From Candidatus Hydrogenedentota bacterium (GTDB lineage Bacteria; Hydrogenedentota; Hydrogenedentia; Hydrogenedentales; SLHB01), in assembly GCA_963668025.2 (NCBI GenBank), contig CAXXTH010000017.1, positions 384,001-448,000 of the forward strand: a DNA stretch of 64,000 nucleotides, written 5' to 3'. A model generated the notes under the pieces. It was not told the origin of the DNA and did no database searches. It saw only the letters and a program-made list of their open reading frames with translations. A program made the position numbers and the translations under genes. Shown piece after piece: positions 9,876-18,181 of the stretch (the first letter of the stretch is position 1; each line of letters starts with the position of its first letter).

Positions 9876-10742
9876 TTATTGGCCCGTTCCGGACATCATT
9901 TGCTCCGCATTGCGCAATATCTCGTTTTGGCTACCCGCCGCATCGGATTCATCGAAGGTGTCGTCCATGGCCGGAGGGGTGTTGCGCCGCTGGCGCAGCA
10001 ACCAGCGGATAGCTTTCGCGTCATCATAAGCGGAGTCCCAAGAGTTGTGTTCCGTCCCGGGATACTCCGTGTATTTGATTTTTCCGCCAGCGGCTTTAAT
10101 TGCATCCACCATGTGGCGCGATTCGTCCGGGGGCACTACGTTGTCCTCGGCCCCATGAAACGCCCAGATGGGGAGTTTCGCTAAGGCCGGCGCATCTTCG
10201 ACGCGTCCGCCGCCGCAGATGGGCATCAGCGCGGAGAACAATTCGGGATGGGCGGCTCCGTAATACCAGGTGGCGTATCCGCCCATCGAGATGCCAGTAA
10301 GCGCGATGCGTTCCCGGTCCACGTTATATTCGCCGATGGTTTGTTTGATGGATTTCTCGATAGGCTTGACACCTTTATCCCAGTACCCGGACGCCGGACA
10401 TTGCGGCATGGCCACCAGGCAGGGGAAACGGTCCGCATGCCGCCTTATGGCGCGGCCAATGCCTACCTCCGTTTGCAGCATGCCGTCCTTGCCCCGCTCG
10501 CCCATGCCATGTAGGAAGACCACGAGCGGCCAGGCCTTCCCGGGATCATAATCGCGCGGCACATAGAGCACATAATAGGAAGGTTTTCCATCAATGAGGG
10601 CTACTTTGTTAATAAAACCCGTTTGAATGCCTGCACGCATGGCGGCAAGTCCTTTCATGTTCATCGTGGCGCAACCGCTCGAAACTATCGCTACGGCGAG
10701 CAGAACAGCCACCGTCCACATATACGTCATCCGGCGTATCAT
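9876..10742 (-). CDS. Lipoprotein alpha/beta hydrolase (phospholipase/carboxylesterase or peptidase S9-like)
   Basis: SSGC lipobox, VFLHGMGERG, GISMGG nucleophile elbow, FHGAED, HNSW. Confidence 0.8.
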   Translation of the reverse strand: MIRRMTYMWTVAVLLAVAIVSSGCATMNMKGLAAMRAGIQTGFINKVALIDGKPSYYVLYVPRDYDPGKAWPLVVFLHGMGERGKDGMLQTEVGIGRAIRRHADRFPCLVAMPQCPASGYWDKGVKPIEKSIKQTIGEYNVDRERIALTGISMGGYATWYYGAAHPELFSALMPICGGGRVEDAPALAKLPIWAFHGAEDNVVPPDESRHMVDAIKAAGGKIKYTEYPGTEHNSWDSAYDDAKAIRWLLRQRRNTPPAMDDTFDESDAAGSQNEILRNAEQMMSGTGQ

Positions 10743-10795
10743 GCCAGTTTTCCTTTCCAGATTCGTGTGAATGGCTGAAGCCGGGCGCTAAGGAG

Positions 10796-10885
10796 AGCCT
10801 GCTCAAGCAGGCTAAGCGGCCAGGTGCTTTGAGTATCAACCTTCTCTTTCTCGGTTTTTACTATATCACCCTGCTCAAGCAAGCT
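10796..10885. repeat. Pair of REP-like palindromes
   Basis: AGCCTGCT-CA-AGCAGGCT (10796-10813), with a degenerate direct copy CCCTGCTCAAGCAAGCT (10869-10885). Confidence 0.55.
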
Positions 10886-10950
10886 AAAAGGACGGCGATT
10901 CTATAACCTTCCTTTCTCAATTTATAGACATTGCATCCTCTCATATTGCC

Positions 10951-12852
10951 CTACTGCATCCGGGCCTGCACGCTTGGGAAGCGGTTCATGTCCGTGTGGG
11001 GCAGAAACAGGGACGCCATGTATTCGTCCATGTAGCCCGGCGTGTTGCTCAGATCCATATAGGTCATTCGGCGGGCGATGTCAAGCTGGCGTTTCCGGTA
11101 CTCTTGCGACACGGCCACCATGTAGGAGCCCATGAGCGAGGCGTTGCCGATGTATTGGAAGCGTTCCCGGGGGATGTCGGGCGCGAGGCCGAGGATGATG
11201 GTCTTCTCGAGATCGAGGAAACGGCCAAAACCGCCCGCGATATAAATTCGCGCCAGATCCTCGAAGCCGATGCCAATGTGCTGAAGCATAAGCGAGCAGG
11301 CGGAATAGATGGCCCCCTTGGCGCGCACGATGTTTTCGATGTCCATCTCGCTGATGGCGATGGCTTCGCCGTTGGCGCTTTCTTCGGCGGAAGCGATGAT
11401 ATACCGCGCCCGCTTGCCGTCGTTCTTGATGTACGGCGACGGGCGGTCGCGGTCGAGTTTTCCCGCGGGATTGAGCCATCCCGTGATGAACAGGTTCGCC
11501 AGCAGCTCGATCATGCCCGAGCCGCAGATGCCTTGGGGCGCTCCTCCGCCAATGGTGTGATATCGCGCCGCGCCGGTATCGGGGTCCACATCGACGCTCT
11601 CGATGGCCCCGTGTGCTGCGCGCATGCCACACTGGATGCCGCCACCTTCAAAGGCGGGGCCTGCGGAACAAGCGCAGCTCATCAGAAAATCGCTATTGCC
11701 CACCACGAGCTCGCCGTTTGTGCCGATGTCGATAAACAGGCTGATCTCCTCGGATTCGGCGGCGAGGTCGGTGCATAGGAGGCCCGCCGTGATGTCGCCT
11801 CCTACGTAGCTGCCATTGTTGGGCGAGAAACAAATCCAGGAATCGGGATTGATCGGCAGGCCCACTTCGGCTGCGGTGACATAGGGCACTTCGAGCACCG
11901 TGGGAGTGTACGGATCTAGCCGGATGTACTCTGGATCAAGCCCCAGAAGCAAATGGTTCATGGTGGTGTTGCCCGAGATGACGGCATTGGTGATCTCCTC
12001 GGGTTCAACGCCGTTCTCTTCGGCGGTTTTTGTGATGAGCGTATTGATGGTGTCCAAGACACGCATACGCAATTCTTCGAGGCGTTCGGGCCGTTTCGCA
12101 TAGTTGATGCGGCTGATGATATCGAGGCCGCACACCACTTGGCCGTTATACGCCGTGTGGGTGGACATGATCCGCGCCACGGTAAGGTTGATGAGCTGCA
12201 CCGCCACGGTCGTGGTGCCCACGTCCACGGCAATGGCGTAATGGCGCGTGGTCTGGTTGCCCGGCTCGATGCGGATGACGTAGAGCTTGTCATCCTCGCG
12301 GACAAGCGTCACCGTGACCGCGCCATCCTTGGCGCGAAGGCTGCCCGCCAAGGTGCGTAGCACGCGCAAGGAATACACCACCTCGTGGCGGCCCCATTGA
12401 AGCTGGATCGCGCGCGTCAGCCGGTCTAGATCCGACAACCCGTCTTCCGGCTGGGGCTGCGGCACGAGAAAGAGCCACTTGACCGCGAGGGGATCATACT
12501 CCCATTCGCGGGGCAGCAATTCGCGGCGGATGAGGTAGGTCTCGTCGCCGTCGGCGAATTGGCCGCCTTCGCGGCCCGAGGGGCGGGGCACTTCAACCGT
12601 GATGTCCGATGTGAGCAAATGGGTCTTGCAAGCCAGCACATAGCCGTCGGCAATCATGGTGGGAGGAAGTGCGCCCCGGCCTTCCGACTCGATCTTGCCT
12701 TGTGTGATGCGGACGATGCATTTGCCGCATGTGCCCTTGCCGCCACAGGGCGACTCGACTTCGACGCCCGCCTTGCGGGCCACATCGAGCAGTTCCGCGC
12801 CAGGCAAGGCCTCCGCGATGGTTCCACTAGGCTCGAATGTCACCTTTGGCAT
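10951..12852 (-). CDS. acsV: Reductive activator of the corrinoid iron-sulfur protein (RACo/AcsV; 2Fe-2S + ASKHA ATPase)
   Basis: N-terminal CGGKGTCGKC...LAC ferredoxin, then DVGTTT, GNTTM, DIGTNGE, GPAFEG, GICGSG and AGGFG. Adjacent to acsC. Confidence 0.88.
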   Translation of the reverse strand: MPKVTFEPSGTIAEALPGAELLDVARKAGVEVESPCGGKGTCGKCIVRITQGKIESEGRGALPPTMIADGYVLACKTHLLTSDITVEVPRPSGREGGQFADGDETYLIRRELLPREWEYDPLAVKWLFLVPQPQPEDGLSDLDRLTRAIQLQWGRHEVVYSLRVLRTLAGSLRAKDGAVTVTLVREDDKLYVIRIEPGNQTTRHYAIAVDVGTTTVAVQLINLTVARIMSTHTAYNGQVVCGLDIISRINYAKRPERLEELRMRVLDTINTLITKTAEENGVEPEEITNAVISGNTTMNHLLLGLDPEYIRLDPYTPTVLEVPYVTAAEVGLPINPDSWICFSPNNGSYVGGDITAGLLCTDLAAESEEISLFIDIGTNGELVVGNSDFLMSCACSAGPAFEGGGIQCGMRAAHGAIESVDVDPDTGAARYHTIGGGAPQGICGSGMIELLANLFITGWLNPAGKLDRDRPSPYIKNDGKRARYIIASAEESANGEAIAISEMDIENIVRAKGAIYSACSLMLQHIGIGFEDLARIYIAGGFGRFLDLEKTIILGLAPDIPRERFQYIGNASLMGSYMVAVSQEYRKRQLDIARRMTYMDLSNTPGYMDEYMASLFLPHTDMNRFPSVQARMQ

Positions 12853-12884
12853 GGGGTGCTTCCTGGTTACAAAAGCAATCATTT

Positions 12885-13026
12885 TCTGGGGGACCCTTTC
12901 TTTCGCAGAAAGGGTCCCCCAGACCCCCCTCCCAAAGAACTCTCATTTGCTCCGCGAGCAACGCCTAATCAAAGGTTTTTGGAAAGGGGTTCGGGGAAAA
13001 CCTTTTTGCAAAAAGGTTTTCCCCGA
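12885..13026. repeat. Composite palindromic (BIME/REP-like) element inside the acs operon
   Basis: Hairpins TCTGGGGGACCCTTTCT-TTCGC-AGAAAGGGTCCCCCAGA (12885-12923) and TCGGGGAAAACCTTTTTGCAAAAAGGTTTTCCCCGA (12991-13026). Inner arms CCCCTCCCAAAGAAC and GTTTTTGGAAAGGGG. Confidence 0.75.
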
Positions 13027-13065
13027 TCTTCGTATCCACAATATACCCGCATTCATCTTCCGAGA

Positions 13066-14412
13066 CTACGCCGCGAGCACGTTTTTTATGAAACTCTCGA
13101 GATCGCCCGCTTCTTGCGGCCCTACGATGATTTCCCAGCCGGGCATGGCTTCCTCGAGTTCACCCGAGATCTGCGCCACGTAGCCGGGAATGACGATTTT
13201 GCGGTTCTTGGTTTTCGATTCGAGCTCGAATTCTTTGGCGAACTTGCCGATCTTGTCGCCGCCAAATTTGCCCGCCGCCCAGGATGTCAGCACGCTCATG
13301 CCCTCACATTCGGGTATCAGCAGCCAGGCCGAGAGGCCCGCGTTTTCGATTTCGCCCGACACGATGAAGTAGGTGAGCGAGAAGTTGGTGGTGACGAATG
13401 TCGGGCTCGTATCCGTAGGCTCGCCGATGGCATAAATCTTCGGCTCGACTTGGATGGGCTTCTGCGGGTCGGTATAAATATTTTGTCGCAGCGCCAGCAG
13501 CGACACCATCACCGCCGGGTCGAATTCGGGCAGAATCACAATGCCGCCGTACTTGGTGATCTCGAGGCCCGCCTCGACGGCGTCATCCATGGCGTTGCCT
13601 GTGTTCACGTAGGCGAGGGACGGGTAACCGAGCGTCTTGAGGCCCGTCTTGAGCGCGCCGCGCCGCATGATGATATGGTTTTGCACGTGTTCGCAAAGGC
13701 TGTCCGCTCTCAATTCAAGCAGGATATCGCGAAATTCCGCCGCCATGCAGGTTTCGACCATGGCCGCGAGGGCGTTGAAATTGTCCGCCGCCAACGCCAG
13801 CACGGCCCCATTCGCCTTAGCCGCTTCACACAGCGGGCCCACGGTTTCGGGCGTGGCTGATGCAAGGATGGGCTTGCGGCCCTTGAGCGTTTCAGACGCC
13901 GCCATAAGCAGGCTGGAATCGTCCGTGCGCACCACGATTGCGCCGCCCCACAAGGCCGCCACGCGCTCGATGCAGGCCAGATAGGCGTCGCGCGAGCCGC
14001 TCGAGCAGGCCACGCTGATGGCGTTGAGGCGGAGCTGTTCGCCGACGCGGTCCAGCGTGTAATCGGCCACGGCCTTCACGCGCGCTTCGAGTTCCGCAAT
14101 GTCCATGGCGTCATCCACGGCCACGCCGATGCCCGTCTCGTGGACAAAGGTTTTTTCATGGCGGTATGCAACCGTTTCTCCGCCCACGGAGAAGGCCCGC
14201 TCCCCCGCGCCGATAACGATGGTGCGGATGGGCGGTTCAGCAGCCGCACCGAGGATGGCCTTGGCTTCCTCGGACGCATAAGGGCATTCGGATAACTCGG
14301 CTTTCTTCGCCGCGAGCTTCATGGCGAAGGCCAGGCACGTGTTCGAGCCGCATTCCTTGCAATTCGTTTTCGGGAGCAGTTTTTGTATCTGCAAGCCAGT
14401 CAAGGGGGCCAT
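13066..14412 (-). CDS. acsC: Corrinoid iron-sulfur protein large subunit (CFeSP gamma)
   Basis: LPKTNCKECGSNTCLAFAM...CP Fe-S motif, RHEKTF, QNIYTDPQKP, TTNFSLTYF, SVLTSWAAGKF. Confidence 0.95.
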   Translation of the reverse strand: MAPLTGLQIQKLLPKTNCKECGSNTCLAFAMKLAAKKAELSECPYASEEAKAILGAAAEPPIRTIVIGAGERAFSVGGETVAYRHEKTFVHETGIGVAVDDAMDIAELEARVKAVADYTLDRVGEQLRLNAISVACSSGSRDAYLACIERVAALWGGAIVVRTDDSSLLMAASETLKGRKPILASATPETVGPLCEAAKANGAVLALAADNFNALAAMVETCMAAEFRDILLELRADSLCEHVQNHIIMRRGALKTGLKTLGYPSLAYVNTGNAMDDAVEAGLEITKYGGIVILPEFDPAVMVSLLALRQNIYTDPQKPIQVEPKIYAIGEPTDTSPTFVTTNFSLTYFIVSGEIENAGLSAWLLIPECEGMSVLTSWAAGKFGGDKIGKFAKEFELESKTKNRKIVIPGYVAQISGELEEAMPGWEIIVGPQEAGDLESFIKNVLAA

Positions 14413-14434
14413 GGTGCATGATCTCCTGGCGCCG

Positions 14435-17400
14435 TTATTCGGGCCGGTTGTTGGCGGACAGCTTCTGTACGTTGCGCCGCAGGATTTCCAATGATTCGGG
14501 ATGGTGCAAGATGAGCAAGTCCGCGCCGCTGGTGAGCAGCGTCATAGCGGTCTGCACTTCCCACAACACCGCGCGTTTCTCGATAGCGCCCCAATTCGGG
14601 AACGACGACTCGAGCGCATGGCCTTCCTTGGCCTTCCAGGCCTCCTGGCCCACATGCCCGAACAAGGGGAAGGCCAGCGACGCATCGCCGCCGAATCCTG
14701 TTAGGCGGATGCGTTCCATGACCGAGAAGGTGTATTCGAGGCCGTAACCCAGTGCGCCCACCATGGGGTCCATGATAATGCGGTCGCGAGGCAGGTCCAT
14801 GTTACCGAGCAGGATATTGAGCTGTTTGGCGAGGTTCACGTCAATCGGGCTCTGCGCCACGACGCAATGGCCATAGGCCAGCGCCGCGCCCGCTATGGTG
14901 CGGTAATTGTCGCCTTCCACCCAATTGAGCAGGAGGCGCTCGCCCGCGCAACCCGAGGCGACTTTTTTCATCACCTCATTGGTGGAATCGAAGTGGCTAT
15001 GGCCGGTGATGATGAGCGGCACATCCACGGCGGCGAGGATATCCTTCACCAGCGCCAGGGCGTCATCGGGACTTTTGCCACCCTTTTCGGGATGCGTGCC
15101 TTCGAGGCGCACCGAGATGATCTCCGCACCGTATTGCTCGACGGCGGCCTTCGCCATCTCGGCGGGCTTGGCCGCGAGATCGCCCCAGACGCCCCGCAGC
15201 ACCGGCGACAGCTTCGGGCTAACGGTGTCGAACACTTCAAGCGCAAAGACCGGCGAATTCGGAATGGAGCCCTCGAAATAGTGGAACGGCAGGCAATTCT
15301 GGCCGCCAAGGGCCACCGTGCGGCCACGGGTGCCGCCATCGGCGGATGTCGCGCCCAGCACCACGGCCTGAATGGTCTCGCCGGGCGATTCGCTGGGCAG
15401 GGCGAAAGCCGACACTTCAGCCAGCTTCTCCGCCGCATAACGCGTGGGAGCTTTCACCTCAACCACTTCGATCACCGGTTTCACCGGCGCTTCCGCGATT
15501 GGAGAGAGTGGGAGCGTGGCAGGCGCGGGAGCCATTGGCGGGGCGGCAATGGCCATGCCCAGTGGCGCAATGCCTTGTAACACCCCCGCAATCGCGCCTA
15601 CCACGTCCACAAGCAGTTCTCTTTTTAGGTCAGGAGAGGGCTTCACTTCAAGTTCTTCTTTCAGAGAGGCCTTGATATCCTCCATGATCGATTTCCGCAG
15701 TTCCGGCACTAGCTCCGTCTTGAGCGTGTCTTTCAACTGCGCGGATACTGTATCTGTAATCTGCTTAAATAATGCTGACAATAGATCGCCAGCTCCGCCG
15801 TTGCTGCCCGGAATGTGGGCTGCCGCAGGCGGCGCCGGGGCTGGCGGCGTGGAAAGCGCGGCGGCCGATTCGGCGGGCTTGGCCTTTGGTGCGATGGCAA
15901 CGAATTTAGGCTCCGGTTTCGGGGCCGCCTTGGGCGCTGAGGCCTCTGCCTTGGCTTCGGGCGAGGCCATTTCGTAGACATCTTCCTTGCCTACCCACAT
16001 CGTCGCCATGTCTTCCATCGTGACGGCGGGATGGCCTACTTTTTCCATGTAGGCTTTGATTTCCTGTGGATCCGTGGCGATGGTTTCATCGGCGATCTTG
16101 CCCCACAAATCCGGGAGTTCCAAGGCTTTCGCGCGCGACTTAAAATCGTCCGCCAGGATATCCTTGAGTTCCTTCGGCATCCAGACGACGCGCGCAAGCC
16201 CGCCATCGGCGTAGAGGAACTTCGGGCTTGAGAGGAAGGCCTTGCCCACGCCCATGAAGCCGGGCGTCTGGACGCCGCCGCCCACCATGCCCGCGAGCGA
16301 ACTGAACGGCATGCCGATGGGCGTGTCGCCAGGGAATTCGCGATTGACGATCATGACGCCGTTGCACTCGGGCACATAGGCCACGATGCTCTCGAAACAG
16401 CCGCACGAGGTCATGGGGTTGTCCATGATGCTGTAGGCCGTGAAGCTCTTGATGGCCTTGTGCGAGTTTTTATACACGTATTCGTTGACGCCTTCCCATA
16501 TGCCGCGCTTCGGGTCAAGGCAGCGCCCCTTCTCGACGGGCTGGTTCGGGCCGGTCTCATCGATCTCGTGGGCAGCCTTGCCATCGAGCCAGTTGTACGC
16601 GCCGCACAGGCCGAGGCGTTCGGGCGTGATGATGCATACATGATCTGGCGCGAATGATTGGCACAGCAGGCAGCTATAAAATGTCTCGACGGATTCGTCG
16701 GTCATGGCCGCCAAGCGGTGGTTGCGCTCGATATACACCTTACGCGCATGGGCGAGGCGTCGCTCGACCTCTTCTTTTTCCGTCACCAGCGTGACCTTGA
16801 CCTTGTCCACGATGGCCGGATATTCATCCAGGAATTTGGCATGTAGAATCTCGCCATAGTGTTTCAGACGCAAACCTTTAGCGAAACCGCCCTTGCTGAC
16901 GCGCGTCCACACGATGTCGCGCTGGCCCATATGCCAAAGGCCTTCCGCGCCGTTCAGCAGATGGTGAATCTGGCGTTCGAGAATAGGCTCGAAATCGGAC
17001 TGCATCTTGCGGCCCGCCACTTCGACCCAAATGGCCAGCGGCAGCGCCGTGCCCTCGGGCACCTGGTCGATATCCGGGCCGATAATCTCGATCTCGCCGT
17101 CATTGATATCGTCCAGTTCGACCATGGTGGCGAATTCGAAGGCGGGCGTGATGTTGCCGCCGAATTCGGCATGCACGTCGGCCTTCCGGATGCGTTCGCC
17201 CTCGAAGGCGGGGCCGTAGGGCACGGGCACAGGCACATTTGCCACTTTAATTTTGCAGCCGCGCACCTCGAGGGAGCGTTCGACGATTCTATCAAGGGGC
17301 ACATTGCTCACCACGTGTTCGTAGGTGCAGACGCCCGTGGGCAGGATCTCGGGGATATCCGTGTCGGCGATGGTCGGGAAACCGTAATTGATCGCGCCCG

Positions 17401-18181
17401 CCGCCGCTGCGTATTTCTCCTGGTCCACCTCGCCCAGCGCCATGACAAAGGCGAAGATGCGGTTCTTGTTGTAGCGCAGGTTTCGCTCGAAGTCGCCGGG
17501 CTGCACGCCGCCGAACGATAGAGCGGCGCGGCTGGCGAAACCGAGGGCATAGATGGCCGCCGACACATCATGGCCGAAGGGCACGAGGCGCGTCTCCCAG
17601 CCCAACTGCACGCCTTCGGCGGCGAGCTGTTCTGCGAAGGTCACGCCATCGACCGCACCCGCCATGAAGACATACAGGTTCTTCTCCTGCAACTGCCGGG
17701 CGATCTTCACCGCCGTGGCGTTGTCCGGCGCGGCTCCCACCACGGCCGCGAAACCGGGCGCGGTGCCATCCACGAATTCGATGCCGCGTTCGCGCATGAT
17801 CACGTCGTTGGCCGCACCGAGCCAGATCCCATCGACGGGATTCGGGCCGATCAGATATTTGCACGCTTCGATGGCCTCGAAGGCAAACAGCGTAGCCACG
17901 CCCGCGTCGAGTGCGTCGCCCAGATAGGGCAGCCATACATTCTCGGATGGCGGCTCGGGCAGCAGGTTGTGGCAGTCTTGCATCACCTCGACGAGGTCGC
18001 TTAGTTTCTGCACTTTCCGGCCCGTAAACGAATAAATGACCGGAAGATAATAGGCCGTGCCGGGGAATCCCACGGGATGCTCGGCCCCCTTGGCTTCGAT
18101 AGTCCGCGCAAGCATGGCGTTGGCCCGCTCGACGGCTTCCTTGGCTCCTACGATGGCGTCGGTGCAAATGGCCTTAGACAT
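14435..18181 (-). CDS. acsB: Acetyl-CoA synthase (AcsB) fused through a long linker to the CFeSP small subunit (AcsD)
   Basis: First ~735 aa are AcsB: FPGTAYYLP, A-cluster ligands SCLLCQSFAP, HVC, GLCG, TSCGC. C-terminal ~310 aa are AcsD: GATSADGGTR, VAQSPIDVNLAKQLNI, MDP..GALGYGLEYTFSVMERIRL, EAWKAKE, GADLLILHHP. One continuous ORF. Confidence 0.9.
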   Translation of the reverse strand: MSKAICTDAIVGAKEAVERANAMLARTIEAKGAEHPVGFPGTAYYLPVIYSFTGRKVQKLSDLVEVMQDCHNLLPEPPSENVWLPYLGDALDAGVATLFAFEAIEACKYLIGPNPVDGIWLGAANDVIMRERGIEFVDGTAPGFAAVVGAAPDNATAVKIARQLQEKNLYVFMAGAVDGVTFAEQLAAEGVQLGWETRLVPFGHDVSAAIYALGFASRAALSFGGVQPGDFERNLRYNKNRIFAFVMALGEVDQEKYAAAAGAINYGFPTIADTDIPEILPTGVCTYEHVVSNVPLDRIVERSLEVRGCKIKVANVPVPVPYGPAFEGERIRKADVHAEFGGNITPAFEFATMVELDDINDGEIEIIGPDIDQVPEGTALPLAIWVEVAGRKMQSDFEPILERQIHHLLNGAEGLWHMGQRDIVWTRVSKGGFAKGLRLKHYGEILHAKFLDEYPAIVDKVKVTLVTEKEEVERRLAHARKVYIERNHRLAAMTDESVETFYSCLLCQSFAPDHVCIITPERLGLCGAYNWLDGKAAHEIDETGPNQPVEKGRCLDPKRGIWEGVNEYVYKNSHKAIKSFTAYSIMDNPMTSCGCFESIVAYVPECNGVMIVNREFPGDTPIGMPFSSLAGMVGGGVQTPGFMGVGKAFLSSPKFLYADGGLARVVWMPKELKDILADDFKSRAKALELPDLWGKIADETIATDPQEIKAYMEKVGHPAVTMEDMATMWVGKEDVYEMASPEAKAEASAPKAAPKPEPKFVAIAPKAKPAESAAALSTPPAPAPPAAAHIPGSNGGAGDLLSALFKQITDTVSAQLKDTLKTELVPELRKSIMEDIKASLKEELEVKPSPDLKRELLVDVVGAIAGVLQGIAPLGMAIAAPPMAPAPATLPLSPIAEAPVKPVIEVVEVKAPTRYAAEKLAEVSAFALPSESPGETIQAVVLGATSADGGTRGRTVALGGQNCLPFHYFEGSIPNSPVFALEVFDTVSPKLSPVLRGVWGDLAAKPAEMAKAAVEQYGAEIISVRLEGTHPEKGGKSPDDALALVKDILAAVDVPLIITGHSHFDSTNEVMKKVASGCAGERLLLNWVEGDNYRTIAGAALAYGHCVVAQSPIDVNLAKQLNILLGNMDLPRDRIIMDPMVGALGYGLEYTFSVMERIRLTGFGGDASLAFPLFGHVGQEAWKAKEGHALESSFPNWGAIEKRAVLWEVQTAMTLLTSGADLLILHHPESLEILRRNVQKLSANNRPE

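Noticed and set aside
12559-13860. 433-aa plus-strand ORF and many other long antisense ORFs (for example 47546-48814, 54976-56157, 58795-59799)
   Set aside because: They are shadows of well-supported genes on the opposite strand in GC-rich DNA and have no recognisable motifs.
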